NCBI GenBank assembly: GCA_963662405.2
Contig: CAXXKT010000001.1
Location: forward strand, 1,824,001 to 1,888,000
Length of the DNA stretch: 64,000 nucleotides
Direction of reading: 5' to 3'
Source: Syntrophales bacterium
Lineage (GTDB): Bacteria; Desulfobacterota; Syntrophia; Syntrophales; UBA2210
The notes beneath the pieces were generated by a model. The model saw only the letters and a list, made by a program, of their open reading frames with translations. It was not told where the DNA came from and did no database searches. A program made the translations under genes and the position numbers. Positions within the stretch are counted from its first letter, which is position 1, and each line of letters starts with the position of its first letter. Positions 41,573 to 51,690 of this stretch are shown here, one piece after another.

Positions 41573-42670
41573 ATGTTGCAGACCCACGAGGGGTTGGTCC
41601 TTATCATCGATGATGAGGAGACCATACGGGACGGTTGCCGGCAGGTCTTGGAGAGATCCGGGTATGTGGTCATGACCGCTGCGGAGGGTTCGGAGGGCAT
41701 CAAGATTGCCAGGGAACAGTACCCTGGTCTGGTCTTTGTAGATCTGAAACTGCCCGGCATGTCGGGACTGGATGTTATTGACATCCTGCTCGAGGATATC
41801 CCTCACATCGTACTGGTGGTGATTACCGGTTATGCCTCCATCCTCTCCGCGGTGGAGTCCATGAAACGGGGGGCATATGACTATCTCCCCAAGCCCTTTA
41901 CCCCGGATCAGCTCAGGGCCGTCACGAAAAGAGGGCTTGAACATCATGCCCTCACCATCGAGGCGGAGCGTCTGCGCGAAGCGCAAGAGAAGATGACGAA
42001 GGACTTTATTACTTTTGTCAGTCACGAGATGCGTTCTCCCCTGGTGACGGTTCAGCAGTCCATCGAGTCCTTGAAGGTAGTGGCTGCTGATTGCCTGAAC
42101 GACGAGGCGCAAGAAATTATTGCACGGTGTGAAAAACGGATTCGGAATCTTGAGGATCTGGTAGAACACTGGCTTGATATCCGGCACATAGAAGGAGGAA
42201 CGCTGATACAGGAGAAGGGACTCCTCGAACTTGCAGGAGTGATGCAGCGCAGTTTGGAGGATATGGCTCCGCTCTGTGAAAAGAGAGGTATTGCCGTCAC
42301 GCGTGATATCCCGGATGATCTGCCCATGATCATCGGAGATACGGAGAGCCTGGTGCGAGTCTTCGTGAATATTATCGGCAACGCGACGAAGTATACCCCT
42401 GACGGGGGGACCATAACCGTTCGCGTCGGGTATGATGATCATTACGTCAATGTGATGATCTCAGATACCGGGAGGGGGATTCCCAAAGACAAGATTCCCT
42501 TTATATTCGAACCTTTTTACCGAGTAAAGGAAAGGGGGGAACAGATCGAGGGGTCCGGTTTGGGTTTGACCTTTTGCAAACGGATCATGGATGCCCACGG
42601 TGGGAAGATAGCCGTCTCTTCAAAGGAGGGCAAGGGAACGACGTTTGATCTCAAGTTTCCACGGCAATGA
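41573..42670 (+). CDS. Response regulator-histidine kinase hybrid
   Basis: N-terminal REC, VSHEMRSPL, NATKYT, GSGLGL. Confidence 0.9.
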   Translation: MLQTHEGLVLIIDDEETIRDGCRQVLERSGYVVMTAAEGSEGIKIAREQYPGLVFVDLKLPGMSGLDVIDILLEDIPHIVLVVITGYASILSAVESMKRGAYDYLPKPFTPDQLRAVTKRGLEHHALTIEAERLREAQEKMTKDFITFVSHEMRSPLVTVQQSIESLKVVAADCLNDEAQEIIARCEKRIRNLEDLVEHWLDIRHIEGGTLIQEKGLLELAGVMQRSLEDMAPLCEKRGIAVTRDIPDDLPMIIGDTESLVRVFVNIIGNATKYTPDGGTITVRVGYDDHYVNVMISDTGRGIPKDKIPFIFEPFYRVKERGEQIEGSGLGLTFCKRIMDAHGGKIAVSSKEGKGTTFDLKFPRQ

Positions 42671-42732
42671 TCTCTGAACTCGAAGGATGAGGTCTCTGGC
42701 AGGTTGTACACGATACATTGAGGCGGCGGATT

Positions 42733-42993
42733 ATGAAGTGTTACGACGAAGGGTATTACGAACGTCACGAGAACGATATGTCTGACACGTGTTTCTTGTG
42801 CGGAGAGGCGTCCAAGAAATTGGCCGTTGTCCGGCATGTTGCAAGTATGAAGATGGTACATCTGTGCCCCGAATGCATGGTTATCCGGACGTCCGAGTAC
42901 CTCCTTGACAACACGAGGGCCTGGAAAGGTAAGGTGGGGAAAGAAGAGCGTGAAGAAGCCCTGAAAGTTTTTCGGGTGGGGCAGGGGAAGTAG
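42733..42993 (+). CDS. Small putative zinc-finger protein
   Basis: CFLC...HLCPEC; start 42733 or 42778. Confidence 0.55.
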   Translation: MKCYDEGYYERHENDMSDTCFLCGEASKKLAVVRHVASMKMVHLCPECMVIRTSEYLLDNTRAWKGKVGKEEREEALKVFRVGQGK

Positions 42994-43028
42994 CGGTGAA
43001 GCGTCGCCACTCCCCCTTCAATTTTTTG

Positions 43029-43172
43029 CTAGGCAAATGCAGCAGATGCAGCGATCAAAAGCCCTGCACCAAAGATAACCATTCCCAAGCCCGCTCCTCC
43101 TGCCGTGGCCAGGATGGGGGCCAGTCCAAACAAAAGAAATCCAAACGCACACCTTCCTTCTCTTCCGTCCAT
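43029..43172 (-). CDS. 47-aa hydrophobic membrane microprotein (not in the ORF track)
   Basis: AAGGAG RBS; MDGREGRCAFGFLLFGLAPILATAGGAGLGMVIFGAGLLIAASAAFA*; starts 10 bp after the upstream gene. Confidence 0.65.
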   Translation of the reverse strand: MDGREGRCAFGFLLFGLAPILATAGGAGLGMVIFGAGLLIAASAAFA

Positions 43173-43182
43173 GGTAGTCTCC

Positions 43183-43653
43183 TTAGTCTTCAATTCGTTT
43201 AACACTGACGGCCGATATGACGAGCCGTGTTTTTGTCAGGGGATACTTCATTACGACCCCCACTGCTTCAACTCTGTCTCCCACTGCAACCTTGTTCGTG
43301 GGTGCGGTGAACATGATGACCCGTATCAGCGCCGTGTCGTCTTGCATGTGAAAGTGAGGTCTGTTCAGCCATCTGAAACTGATCTTTCGAACCTCACCCG
43401 ATATCCGTACCACTTCCCCGATCTGTGCCGGGGTTATTCGCCCAATCATGCAGGACCGTGCTTGGGGCCCGAACTGCTCGTTCGCCTGCGTAAAACTCCG
43501 GCGGCTCATCCACGCCAGGGCCATGGGGATAACCAGCATCAAAATCAGGCCGGGAACTGCATACAGCAGGAATCGCGAATCACCCGTTGCGGTATAGTGA
43601 AAGGCGACCGCTACAGCGCATATGATAAATGCCACCCAGGCCGGTGCTGACAT
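43183..43653 (-). CDS. Membrane-anchored OB-fold-like protein
   Basis: Two N-terminal TM helices; VVRISGEV...DDTALIRV...VAVGDRVEAVGVV OB-fold pattern. Confidence 0.7.
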   Translation of the reverse strand: MSAPAWVAFIICAVAVAFHYTATGDSRFLLYAVPGLILMLVIPMALAWMSRRSFTQANEQFGPQARSCMIGRITPAQIGEVVRISGEVRKISFRWLNRPHFHMQDDTALIRVIMFTAPTNKVAVGDRVEAVGVVMKYPLTKTRLVISAVSVKRIED

Positions 43654-43662
43654 CCGTTTCCT

Positions 43663-44535
43663 CTATTCCGCAGGGAGATCCTTCCTGAACATCAGGAAGT
43701 AGGCCACCCCGATGAAGAGAAACCCGCCGAAGATATTTCCGATCGTAACGGGAATGAGATTCCAGAGCCATATGTCGGACCAGGAGAGCCCTCCGTTGGC
43801 GAGCAGGAGGCCGCCCTTTTTGGCGATAACGGCCGGATACCAGTCGCACAGGAATTTCCCTGTCGGCAGAAAGTACATGTTTGCCACACAGTGCTCAAAT
43901 CCGGAGGAGACGAAGGCCATAATCGGGAACCAGATACCGAAGAACTTACCGATCACGTCATCTGCCGTAATGGCAAGAAGGATGGCGATGTTAACCAGGA
44001 AGTTACAGCCGATAGCCTTGATGAAGCAGGACCATAGTCCCGCAAAACCAACTGCTTTGTATCCGAGGATTTTTCCAGCCGCGATGCCGACCGCGGTCAT
44101 CCCGAAGGCGTTGACCGCCATGGTACCGTCGGCCTGTCCGCTGACGAAGGGGCCTACGGTCATGATGTATGCGTATGCCAAGGAGCCAAAGAGATTGCCG
44201 ATGTATACCCATACCCAATTTCTCATTACGGCACCCCAGGTGACCTTTTTCATCATTGCGGCCATGGGGACGATCATGCAGTCACCGGTGAAGAGTTCCA
44301 TCCCGGTCAGGACGATGGCGATCAGGCCGACAGGGAAGACGGCGCCGCCGACGAGTTTGGCGATTCCGGCTGGTGAGACACCTGTAATACATACGGTGCA
44401 CAGCGCGCCTCCGATGGCGATGTACGCACCCGCCATGAATCCTCTGAGCAGCAGGTTAAAGACTGAAAGTTTTGCCTTGCCGACTCCCGCATTACCGACG
44501 AGAGCGACCATTTTTGCCGGGGGGTTAAAAGCCAT
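43663..44535 (-). CDS. fdhC: Formate/nitrite transporter (FNT), FdhC-like
   Basis: GFMAGAYIA, FPVGL, ELFTGD, YIGNLFG, KAIGCNFLV, GFEHCVANMY. Confidence 0.92.
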   Translation of the reverse strand: MAFNPPAKMVALVGNAGVGKAKLSVFNLLLRGFMAGAYIAIGGALCTVCITGVSPAGIAKLVGGAVFPVGLIAIVLTGMELFTGDCMIVPMAAMMKKVTWGAVMRNWVWVYIGNLFGSLAYAYIMTVGPFVSGQADGTMAVNAFGMTAVGIAAGKILGYKAVGFAGLWSCFIKAIGCNFLVNIAILLAITADDVIGKFFGIWFPIMAFVSSGFEHCVANMYFLPTGKFLCDWYPAVIAKKGGLLLANGGLSWSDIWLWNLIPVTIGNIFGGFLFIGVAYFLMFRKDLPAE

Positions 44536-44708
44536 GAATCAATACCTCCTCCATTTATGATTTTTTACTCTGCCCGGTCCGCCCCCTGCGGACCCTCTAC
44601 CCGTTTGTATATCCCCTCCAGGAGGGGAGTATTCCAGACAAACCACACCACAAAAATCCTCACGGGGAGTGTTGTGGCTACTCTCCATGCGAAGACAGTA
44701 AGGAAGCA

Positions 44709-44954
44709 CTAACTGGCGAATGCCTCCTTGACCTCTTGCTTCCAGATGCAGAGGAGTTTCCCGCCGTGGGTCTGGCACTGGACCAGTTCCCACTCACTCT
44801 CCCCCTCCTTATCAAGAATTCCTTCGAACTGTTCCTGTCCGCCCGGTATGCCGTCAACGACACATGTTCCCGTATCATCATCGCACGAGATGGCCTCGGG
44901 TGGAATAACGCTGTCCAGATCGACAATGCTTGTCTTGTACTTCCATCGTGACAT
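44709..44954 (-). CDS. Small hypothetical protein (DUF4177-like)
   Basis: GGAGG RBS; WKYK...LDKEGESEWELVQ...IWKQ. Confidence 0.6.
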   Translation of the reverse strand: MSRWKYKTSIVDLDSVIPPEAISCDDDTGTCVVDGIPGGQEQFEGILDKEGESEWELVQCQTHGGKLLCIWKQEVKEAFAS

Positions 44955-45964
44955 GTTCAGACCTCCTTCCGGATGCTGGTAAACACTCAACCGCTTGAAT
45001 CTTCGCCGTTCAATCCCCGTATTCGGAGGATTTTTCCGCCTGGTCAGACAGGGGAATGTAGGTCGGAAGATTTGTGGCGGTCTCACTACAATGGAGATGC
45101 GTACAACTCGTTCTGTTCGGTACGTTCGTAACCGTGCCGGTCTGCGCCGTGCAGCTTTCGCATTGCGACGTAACGATATTTACCCCGCTGGCGGGGATGC
45201 AACGACCGAGATCATGTGTTCCAATCACCGATCTCACCGGTTTGGGGGGGGAGTGGTCTCCATCGTTAGTGCCCCCCGTCAAGGGGTGCATCATCTGCCT
45301 GTATCCCTCGTGTCCCCCGGTTGTTCCAAGGGGCGTTCGACCCTGAGATATTACCACCGTTTTTGTGCCAATCGGTAGAGAGAGTTTTTTACCCATGGCG
45401 AACCTCTCTGCTCTCTGGTCAACCCCGGTCGCTTCAACGGGGGCCGGATATATGCATCGATCCCCCCGACCACAGCAATCCTCTCACTCTTGGAATGCCG
45501 TACGGGATTCTCTCTTCATCCCGCACCACCCACCCGGGGCTTGCCCGAATAATCAGTGCCGGTTTATCAAGGTTTAGGAAGGGCCATCCCTCACGATATG
45601 ATTCTCTGCATGAGCCGAAAGCACCATACATTATTTTCCTGTTCTTTTCAAGAATTATGAGCTCGCATTGCCGCTTGCTCCTGAGGTAATTAACCCCACG
45701 ATTTCAAAAAAAATTCTGAGAAAGAGATCATATGGTCCGGTGGTGCGGCGCATTGATTTGCCGGGATCTTGACGGAGGCTTGTCGTTCTCGGCAAATGAT
45801 ATCCCGGTATGCCGTGACGGGTGAGTCTGATTCTCTGGCCCATCAAGCCAATAAATAGCTTGATTTCTGGAAAAGCGTAGTATAATAATGTCAAGTTTTT
45901 TTCGAACGGTTTCCCTGCCGGAGGGTGCGTCCCTCAAGGAGGGAAACTGAATATCACCGAAGGA

Positions 45965-46008
45965 CTCCTTGCCCGGATCTGGAATCCGGGCTACAGAGCC
46001 GAGAGGAG
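45965..46008 (+). promoter_or_regulatory. rpsF leader (S6:S18-binding autoregulatory RNA)
   Basis: CTCCT can pair with the AGGAG RBS, enclosing hairpin GCCCGGAT-CTGGA-ATCCGGGC and a CCG internal-loop motif. Confidence 0.65.
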
Positions 46009-46013
46009 AAGGT

Positions 46014-46541
46014 ATGATAAGAAGGTACGAGACAGTATTCATTGTGAGGACCGATCTGTCGCTAGATGAGATATCCGGCGTGACTGATCGGTATGCGGGA
46101 ATTATCGGGGATATGAACGGGACGATCATTAAGGTCGAGAACTGGGGCAAGCGAAGACTCGCCTATCCGATCGAGAAGAAGCGTGAGGGCTTTTATGTGA
46201 GGATCGATTTTGTTGCCCCGCATGAGGTCGTTTCCGAAGTGGAGCGAAACTTCAAGATTGATGAAAATATTCTGCGGTTTCAGACGGTGAAACTAGCCGA
46301 TACGGTTGATATGGAAGAGATTGAACGTGAGATCGCGGAGGCCCGCAGAAAAGAAGAAGAACAGAAAGCGGAAGAGCAGAAGAAGGCGGAAGAACAAAAA
46401 GAAGAGACTGTTTCTGAACCTGCCCCTGAAGAGGCAACGGTGTTGGAAGATCCGGATGGTACTGATATCAAAGCCGAGGAAGAGAATGCCCAAGAGTCAG
46501 CACCGGTTGAAACAGACGATGAAAGGGCAAAGGAGGAATAA
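46014..46541 (+). CDS. rpsF: 30S ribosomal protein S6 with long acidic tail
   Basis: RRYETVFI, WGKRRLAYPIEK. Confidence 0.95.
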   Translation: MIRRYETVFIVRTDLSLDEISGVTDRYAGIIGDMNGTIIKVENWGKRRLAYPIEKKREGFYVRIDFVAPHEVVSEVERNFKIDENILRFQTVKLADTVDMEEIEREIAEARRKEEEQKAEEQKKAEEQKEETVSEPAPEEATVLEDPDGTDIKAEEENAQESAPVETDDERAKEE

Positions 46542-46544
46542 GAA

Positions 46545-46808
46545 ATGGCCTATACACCGGATAATCGTCCAAGACGACCCAAGTCCAAATTCTTTCACAA
46601 ACGGAAGGTATGCAGGTTTTGTGTGGATTCAACCATAGCGATTGATTATAAGAATTCGGCTGCCCTGAGAGGCTTCCTGACGGAGAGGGGGAAAATCATG
46701 CCGAGAAGGATCACCGGGACCTGTGCCAAACATCAAAGGGCGTTGGCGGTGGCAATCAAACGGGCCAGGAATTTGGCTCTCTTGCCCTATGTGTCTGCCG
46801 ACAGTTAA
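46545..46808 (+). CDS. rpsR: 30S ribosomal protein S18
   Basis: [28 protein letters not shown]. Confidence 0.97.
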   Translation: MAYTPDNRPRRPKSKFFHKRKVCRFCVDSTIAIDYKNSAALRGFLTERGKIMPRRITGTCAKHQRALAVAIKRARNLALLPYVSADS

Positions 46809-46839
46809 AATTCATCTTAGTTGATCATATATGAGATTC

Positions 46840-46879
46840 GAGATGCCTGCCGGCTTGGCGGGCATCTCTTCCTTTTTTT
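46840..46879 (+). terminator. Intrinsic terminator after rpsR
   Basis: GAGATGCCTGCC-GGCTT-GGCGGGCATCTC followed by a T-rich run. Confidence 0.7.
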
Positions 46880-46895
46880 AGCGCAGAGGTGAGGT

Positions 46896-47867
46896 ATGCT
46901 CCGTCTGTCGGGGGTGACAATTCCCTACAAAGACATGTTCCTTGCTGTTACGATCACCTCTCTTGTTTTTCTTACGGTGGCCGTAATTTCCGTTGTCGGT
47001 GTATTCGGTGCTTTGCTGGTGCCTGTCCCGGTCTTATACTTCTATTCCAAGATGGGGAGAACCCCGGGTATCGTGGTTTTTGGCTTTTCTCTGGCTTTTA
47101 CCATTCTTATCCTTGCAGGGCTCGATTTACAGGCAAGCTTCCCGTATTTTTTTCTCTTAGGTCTTTTAGGTATCATTCTTTCGGAAGTGTTGCGGAAAAA
47201 CTATTCCATAGAAATGACCATTATCTATTGCGGAGGCATTTTCCTCGCTATGGGTTTGGTTATCCTCCTGTGCCTCAGTCTGCTCTCAGGAGAGATGCCT
47301 TGGGCCCTGATCGGGTCACACATAACGGCGGTGGTACAGGAAAATATCGAGCTATACTCCCGGGCGGGTGTCCCGAATGAACAGATGGATTTCATAAGGG
47401 AAAATGTCGATCTGATTACCGGCGCCCTTCTTGGCTTGTTCCCATCCATTGCCCTCGTGGGGACTGTATTTCTGGTTTGGGTGAATATCCTTGAGGGGAA
47501 ATGGTTGTTCCGAACAAAGAGAATGTGGTACCCTTCCTTCGGAGATTTATCGCTGTGGAGGATCTTTGATAAGGCGGTGTGGCTGTTCGTCATTGCCGGT
47601 GTCCTCATCATGATTCCCTCGGTGACCCTCCGGATTGTGGGCCTGAATATAATGATCGCTCTCCTCTTTCTGTATATGTTGCAGGGGTTGGCTATCATAA
47701 ACTTTTTCTTTCAGAAGAAGAACGTTCCTGTTTTTTTGCGAGTATTCGGATATTTTCTGGTCTTCGCTCAGCAATTTCTCTTGTTGCTCGTCGCGGGGCT
47801 GGGCTTGATTGACACGTGGATTGATTTTAGGAAGCTGGATAAAAACGCTGGACAATCGAGTTGTTAG
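46896..47867 (+). CDS. DUF2232/YybS family membrane protein
   Basis: Multi-TM, QGLA...GLIDTWIDFRK; typical position between rpsR and rplI. Confidence 0.85.
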   Translation: MLRLSGVTIPYKDMFLAVTITSLVFLTVAVISVVGVFGALLVPVPVLYFYSKMGRTPGIVVFGFSLAFTILILAGLDLQASFPYFFLLGLLGIILSEVLRKNYSIEMTIIYCGGIFLAMGLVILLCLSLLSGEMPWALIGSHITAVVQENIELYSRAGVPNEQMDFIRENVDLITGALLGLFPSIALVGTVFLVWVNILEGKWLFRTKRMWYPSFGDLSLWRIFDKAVWLFVIAGVLIMIPSVTLRIVGLNIMIALLFLYMLQGLAIINFFFQKKNVPVFLRVFGYFLVFAQQFLLLLVAGLGLIDTWIDFRKLDKNAGQSSC

Positions 47868-47989
47868 GGAGCGATCAGAAGCTTCGAACCTGATCGTGTG
47901 ATGTATGATGGGGGTATCAATCTGAACGCCGGGGCAGTTGGATAATATCCGGCCCTGCAAGAGGGAAAACTTCCAGGAGGAGAGTGTCT

Positions 47990-48436
47990 ATGAAGGTGAT
48001 CTTGTTACAGGGTGTGGCATCATTGGGAAAGGCGGGCGACCTTGTCAATGTATCTGATGGGTATGCGAGGAATTTTATCATTCCCCGAGGCCTGGGAATG
48101 GAGGCGAGCAGTGGCAATGTTAAGACGCTGGAACTTCAAAGAAAAGCGGCGGCTAAGAGAGCTGACAAGGAGAAAGAAACGGCACAGGCCCTGGTCGAAA
48201 CACTTGAAAAAATCACCTGTCACTTTTCCCGGAAGGTCGGGCAGCAGGATAAGCTGTTTGGCTCCGTGACCTCAAAGGACATATCGGATGCCTTGGGTGC
48301 CCAGGGGATGGAGATCGACAAAAAGGACATCGTTCTTGAGGAGCCGATCAAGAGTGTCGGCCAATCGCCGGTCAAGGTGAAGGTGCATCCCGGGATGTCC
48401 GCTATGATCAAGGTTGTTGTCGCCGGTGAGGAATAA
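47990..48436 (+). CDS. rplI: 50S ribosomal protein L9
   Basis: MKVILL, LGKAGD, GYARNF, KLFGSVT. Confidence 0.97.
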   Translation: MKVILLQGVASLGKAGDLVNVSDGYARNFIIPRGLGMEASSGNVKTLELQRKAAAKRADKEKETAQALVETLEKITCHFSRKVGQQDKLFGSVTSKDISDALGAQGMEIDKKDIVLEEPIKSVGQSPVKVKVHPGMSAMIKVVVAGEE

Positions 48437-48440
48437 CAAG

Positions 48441-49802
48441 ATGATGAAGAGGGATACCGACTATTCGCCTCACAAGGTTCCCCCGCAGAACCTGGAGGCC
48501 GAGCAATCGATTCTCGGTGGTATCCTTCTGGACAATAATGCCCTGAACCATGTCCTCGAAATAGTAGGCAGGGGAGATTTTTACAGTGAGGCCCATCGGA
48601 AGATATTCTCGGCAATCCTTGAACTGTACGAGAGGAATGAGCCGGCCGATCTGATTACGCTGAACAATATCCTTCGTGACAGGGAATATCTCGATGGGGT
48701 CGGCGGGGAGGTGTACCTGGCATCTCTTGTCGACGGGGTTCCTTCAGCTGCCAACATTGCTTACTATTCCAAGATCGTGAAGGAAAAGGCAATCCTGCGT
48801 GGACTGATAGATGCCGCGACCGATATATTGAACAGGAGTTACAACGCCGGTCCCGACATTGACGCTGTTCTTGATGAAGCGGAGCATGTGATCTTCGAGA
48901 TATCGGAAAACAAGATAAAGCCCGCCTTTTCTTCCATCAAAGATATTGTCAAAGAGACTTTCGAACATATAGAGCAGCTGTATGAGAAGAAAACGCTCAT
49001 TACCGGGATATCGACGGGATTTCAGCGGGTCGACGAGATTACCTCCGGTCTCCAGAATTCCGATCTAATCATCGTGGCGGGGAGGCCCAGTATGGGGAAG
49101 ACTGCCTTTGCCATCAATATCGCACAGCATGCGGCGATCGAAGACAGGGTTCCGGTGGCGATTTTTTCCCTGGAGATGTCCAAGGAGCAGCTTGCGCTTC
49201 GTATGCTCTCTTCCGATGGGAAAGTGGATTCTCAGAAGATGCGGAGGGGGTTTATCGGGGAGGTGGATTGGCCGAAGCTGGTGGCCGCTGCGGGGAGGCT
49301 TTCAGAGGCACCGATCTATATCGATGATACACCCGCCATCTCCGTTCTCGAGATCAAGGCAAAGGCGCGGAGGCTAAAAGCGGAGTCCGGTCTGGATCTC
49401 ATTGTTGTTGATTATCTCCAGTTGATGAGGGGAAGAGACGCATCAGCACCGAGGGAACAGGAAATATCCGAGATCAGCCGTTCGCTCAAATCCCTGGCAA
49501 AGGAACTGAATGTGCCGGTCCTGGCCTTGTCACAGCTGAACCGGCAGGTCGAGTCACGAACAGACAAGCGTCCCCAGCTTGCCGATCTGAGGGAATCCGG
49601 GGCCATCGAACAGGACGCCGATGTGATCATGTTCATATACCGTGATGAGGTGTACAACAAGTCCGAGGACAACCCGGAAAAGGGGAAGGCGGAAATCATT
49701 ATCGGTAAGCAGAGAAACGGTCCTGTCGGTGTAGCGAATGTATCGTTTCTGCATGAATTCACCTCCTTTGAAAACCTGGCCTACGACAGAGACGAATTCT
49801 AG
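48441..49802 (+). CDS. dnaB: Replicative DNA helicase
   Basis: PPQNLEAEQSILG, GRPSMGKT, VDYLQL, DLRESGAIEQDAD. Confidence 0.97.
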   Translation: MMKRDTDYSPHKVPPQNLEAEQSILGGILLDNNALNHVLEIVGRGDFYSEAHRKIFSAILELYERNEPADLITLNNILRDREYLDGVGGEVYLASLVDGVPSAANIAYYSKIVKEKAILRGLIDAATDILNRSYNAGPDIDAVLDEAEHVIFEISENKIKPAFSSIKDIVKETFEHIEQLYEKKTLITGISTGFQRVDEITSGLQNSDLIIVAGRPSMGKTAFAINIAQHAAIEDRVPVAIFSLEMSKEQLALRMLSSDGKVDSQKMRRGFIGEVDWPKLVAAAGRLSEAPIYIDDTPAISVLEIKAKARRLKAESGLDLIVVDYLQLMRGRDASAPREQEISEISRSLKSLAKELNVPVLALSQLNRQVESRTDKRPQLADLRESGAIEQDADVIMFIYRDEVYNKSEDNPEKGKAEIIIGKQRNGPVGVANVSFLHEFTSFENLAYDRDEF

Positions 49803-50659
49803 TCGGTGAGGAGCTTTGGTTCCTCGGTCAGGTACGGGAGTGCGAGCCTCAGTTTTTTCAGCGCCTCCTTTTCGATCTGTCGTGCTCGTTCCCGTGTGAT
49901 CTTGAAGCGATCACCGATCTCCTGAAGAGTGGCGGGGTTATCCGCCATAATCCTCCGCTCAATGATATAGTGTTCCCGTTCGCTCAGCTTCTCCAACGCC
50001 CCTGCTATGTTCTTCTTGACAAGGGCCATTTCGTCTTTCTTGATGAGGGCGTCTTCCTGGCTTGTCCCGTCGTAGACGAGGTGATCGATATACGTTGAGT
50101 CGCCCTCATCGTTTAAGGATGCATCCAGAGAGACATCGCGGTTCGAAAGACGCATGTCCATCTCTTCCGTCTCCCGTTCCGTCACATTCAGAATTTCGGC
50201 TATTTCTTTAAACTCAGGACTCTTTTGCGATATGTCCTCCAGCTTTTTTTTTGTCTGATTCAGTTTGAAGAAGAGTTTTCTCTGTGCCTGGGTAGTCCCG
50301 ATCTTGACGAGACTCCACGACTTGATGACATAATTCTGCATATAGGCCCGTATCCACCATACCGCGTATGATATGAGCCGGTATCCCTTGTAAGGATCGA
50401 ATTTCTTGACGGCGTGCATGAGGCCGATATTGCCCTCCTGAATGAGATCGATCAATTTTACCCGGTAATTCTTGTATTCGTGCGCAATCTTGACCACAAA
50501 TCGCAGATTCGAGGTGACCAGTTTTTCGGCCGCCTTCATGTCGTCGTCTTTCTTGAAGCTGACCGCGAGCTTGAATTCTTCCTCTGCCGTCAGGATGGGG
50601 AAGCGGTTTATCTCGGCCATATAGAGATCAACTGAATTGGTTACTGCAGGAAGACTCAT
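49799..50659 (-). CDS. rpoH: RNA polymerase sigma-32 factor
   Basis: DLIQEGNIGL, YAVWWIRA, RpoH box QRKLFFKL, RERARQIE. Confidence 0.92.
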   Translation of the reverse strand: MSLPAVTNSVDLYMAEINRFPILTAEEEFKLAVSFKKDDDMKAAEKLVTSNLRFVVKIAHEYKNYRVKLIDLIQEGNIGLMHAVKKFDPYKGYRLISYAVWWIRAYMQNYVIKSWSLVKIGTTQAQRKLFFKLNQTKKKLEDISQKSPEFKEIAEILNVTERETEEMDMRLSNRDVSLDASLNDEGDSTYIDHLVYDGTSQEDALIKKDEMALVKKNIAGALEKLSEREHYIIERRIMADNPATLQEIGDRFKITRERARQIEKEALKKLRLALPYLTEEPKLLTD

Positions 50660-50692
50660 TCATGTCTCCTTCGACGTTTTATTTAATATTTC

Positions 50693-50786
50693 AGTCTAAT
50701 TAAATGTTCTTTAAAAGTCAAGGCCTTTCGGAAAAACCCCCGCGGTTGTCACCCTCCTTGACATTGTCGGTCTGTGTGTTTATCTT
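50693..50786. promoter_or_regulatory. Divergent sigma70 promoters for rpoH (-) and the cyclase-clpB operon (+)
   Basis: Minus TTGACT-17-TAGACT (50721-50693); plus TTGACA-17-TATCTT (50758-50786). Confidence 0.7.
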
Positions 50787-50815
50787 ACGGATAAAAGAGC
50801 GGAAAGGAGACCTTC

Positions 50816-51685
50816 ATGGGTTCTCAGAATGAGTCGATTATGGAATTCGCGTTCCGGTTTGCGAAGGAGATCGAAGCAAAGGCTATTCTCCTCTACGGTG
50901 AAGTGGCCCAGGACGTTCTTGTGAAAAAGGGGGAGATTCCCTCTTTTGACACGATTCTCATAACGAGAGACAAGGATGGTGAACATCACGATTTGGGACT
51001 CTTTTCCAGCGTAATCGATATTCCCACGGTCAATGTGACACGGCTGAGCCAGATCAAGGTCGCCATCACGAAGGGACTTGCAACGAACCTCTTCAAAAAG
51101 GGCGACAAACTCGTATGCCTGACCGGTGTTCCGAAATTCGGATACATCGACAGTCTCTTTATAATCGACGTGGGAAAGGAATTCGAAATCCTTATATCCG
51201 AAGAAGTCTCCGATATATTCGAGGATATTCAGCCGGAGGTATTTGACACTGTTCTCAATATCGCCTTGGAACTCGCCTCGCAGGGGAGGGAAGGCCGCCA
51301 GGTGGGGACGATCTTTGTCCTCGGTGATCACGAGAAAGTCCTTGAACTCTCCCGTCAGATGATCATCAATCCCTTTATGGGATACGGAGAGGAGGAACGG
51401 AACATCCTTGACCGGAATCTACGGGACACCATCAAGGAATTCTCCGCCATTGACGGTGCGTTCGTGGTGCGCGGGGACGGTGTCCTGGTCACGGCGGGAA
51501 GGCACCTCAGCGCGGCTCTGGAAAACAAGGATTTTCCCAAGGGGCTGGGGAGCAGGCATATAGCTGCGGCCGGAATCACCAGCGTCACCAGGGCGATTTC
51601 CATTGTTATTTCGGAATCAACCGGTACCGTCCGGATTTTTAAGAATGGAAGGCTCTTTGTTGATATAGAGAAAGGAATGGAATAA
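50816..51685 (+). CDS. Diadenylate cyclase (DisA_N domain, DacZ-like N-terminus, no TM)
   Basis: [35 protein letters not shown]. Confidence 0.85.
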   Translation: MGSQNESIMEFAFRFAKEIEAKAILLYGEVAQDVLVKKGEIPSFDTILITRDKDGEHHDLGLFSSVIDIPTVNVTRLSQIKVAITKGLATNLFKKGDKLVCLTGVPKFGYIDSLFIIDVGKEFEILISEEVSDIFEDIQPEVFDTVLNIALELASQGREGRQVGTIFVLGDHEKVLELSRQMIINPFMGYGEEERNILDRNLRDTIKEFSAIDGAFVVRGDGVLVTAGRHLSAALENKDFPKGLGSRHIAAAGITSVTRAISIVISESTGTVRIFKNGRLFVDIEKGME

Positions 51686-51690
51686 CGATC

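Noticed and set aside
45010..45631. Cys-containing ORFs and several GGGG/CCCC palindromes in the ~1-kb gap before rpsF
   Set aside because: No recognisable domain, RBS, canonical sigma54 box or riboswitch; left uncalled.
49799..49802. dnaB/rpoH convergent 4-bp overlap
   Set aside because: Ordinary shared CTAG stop arrangement.
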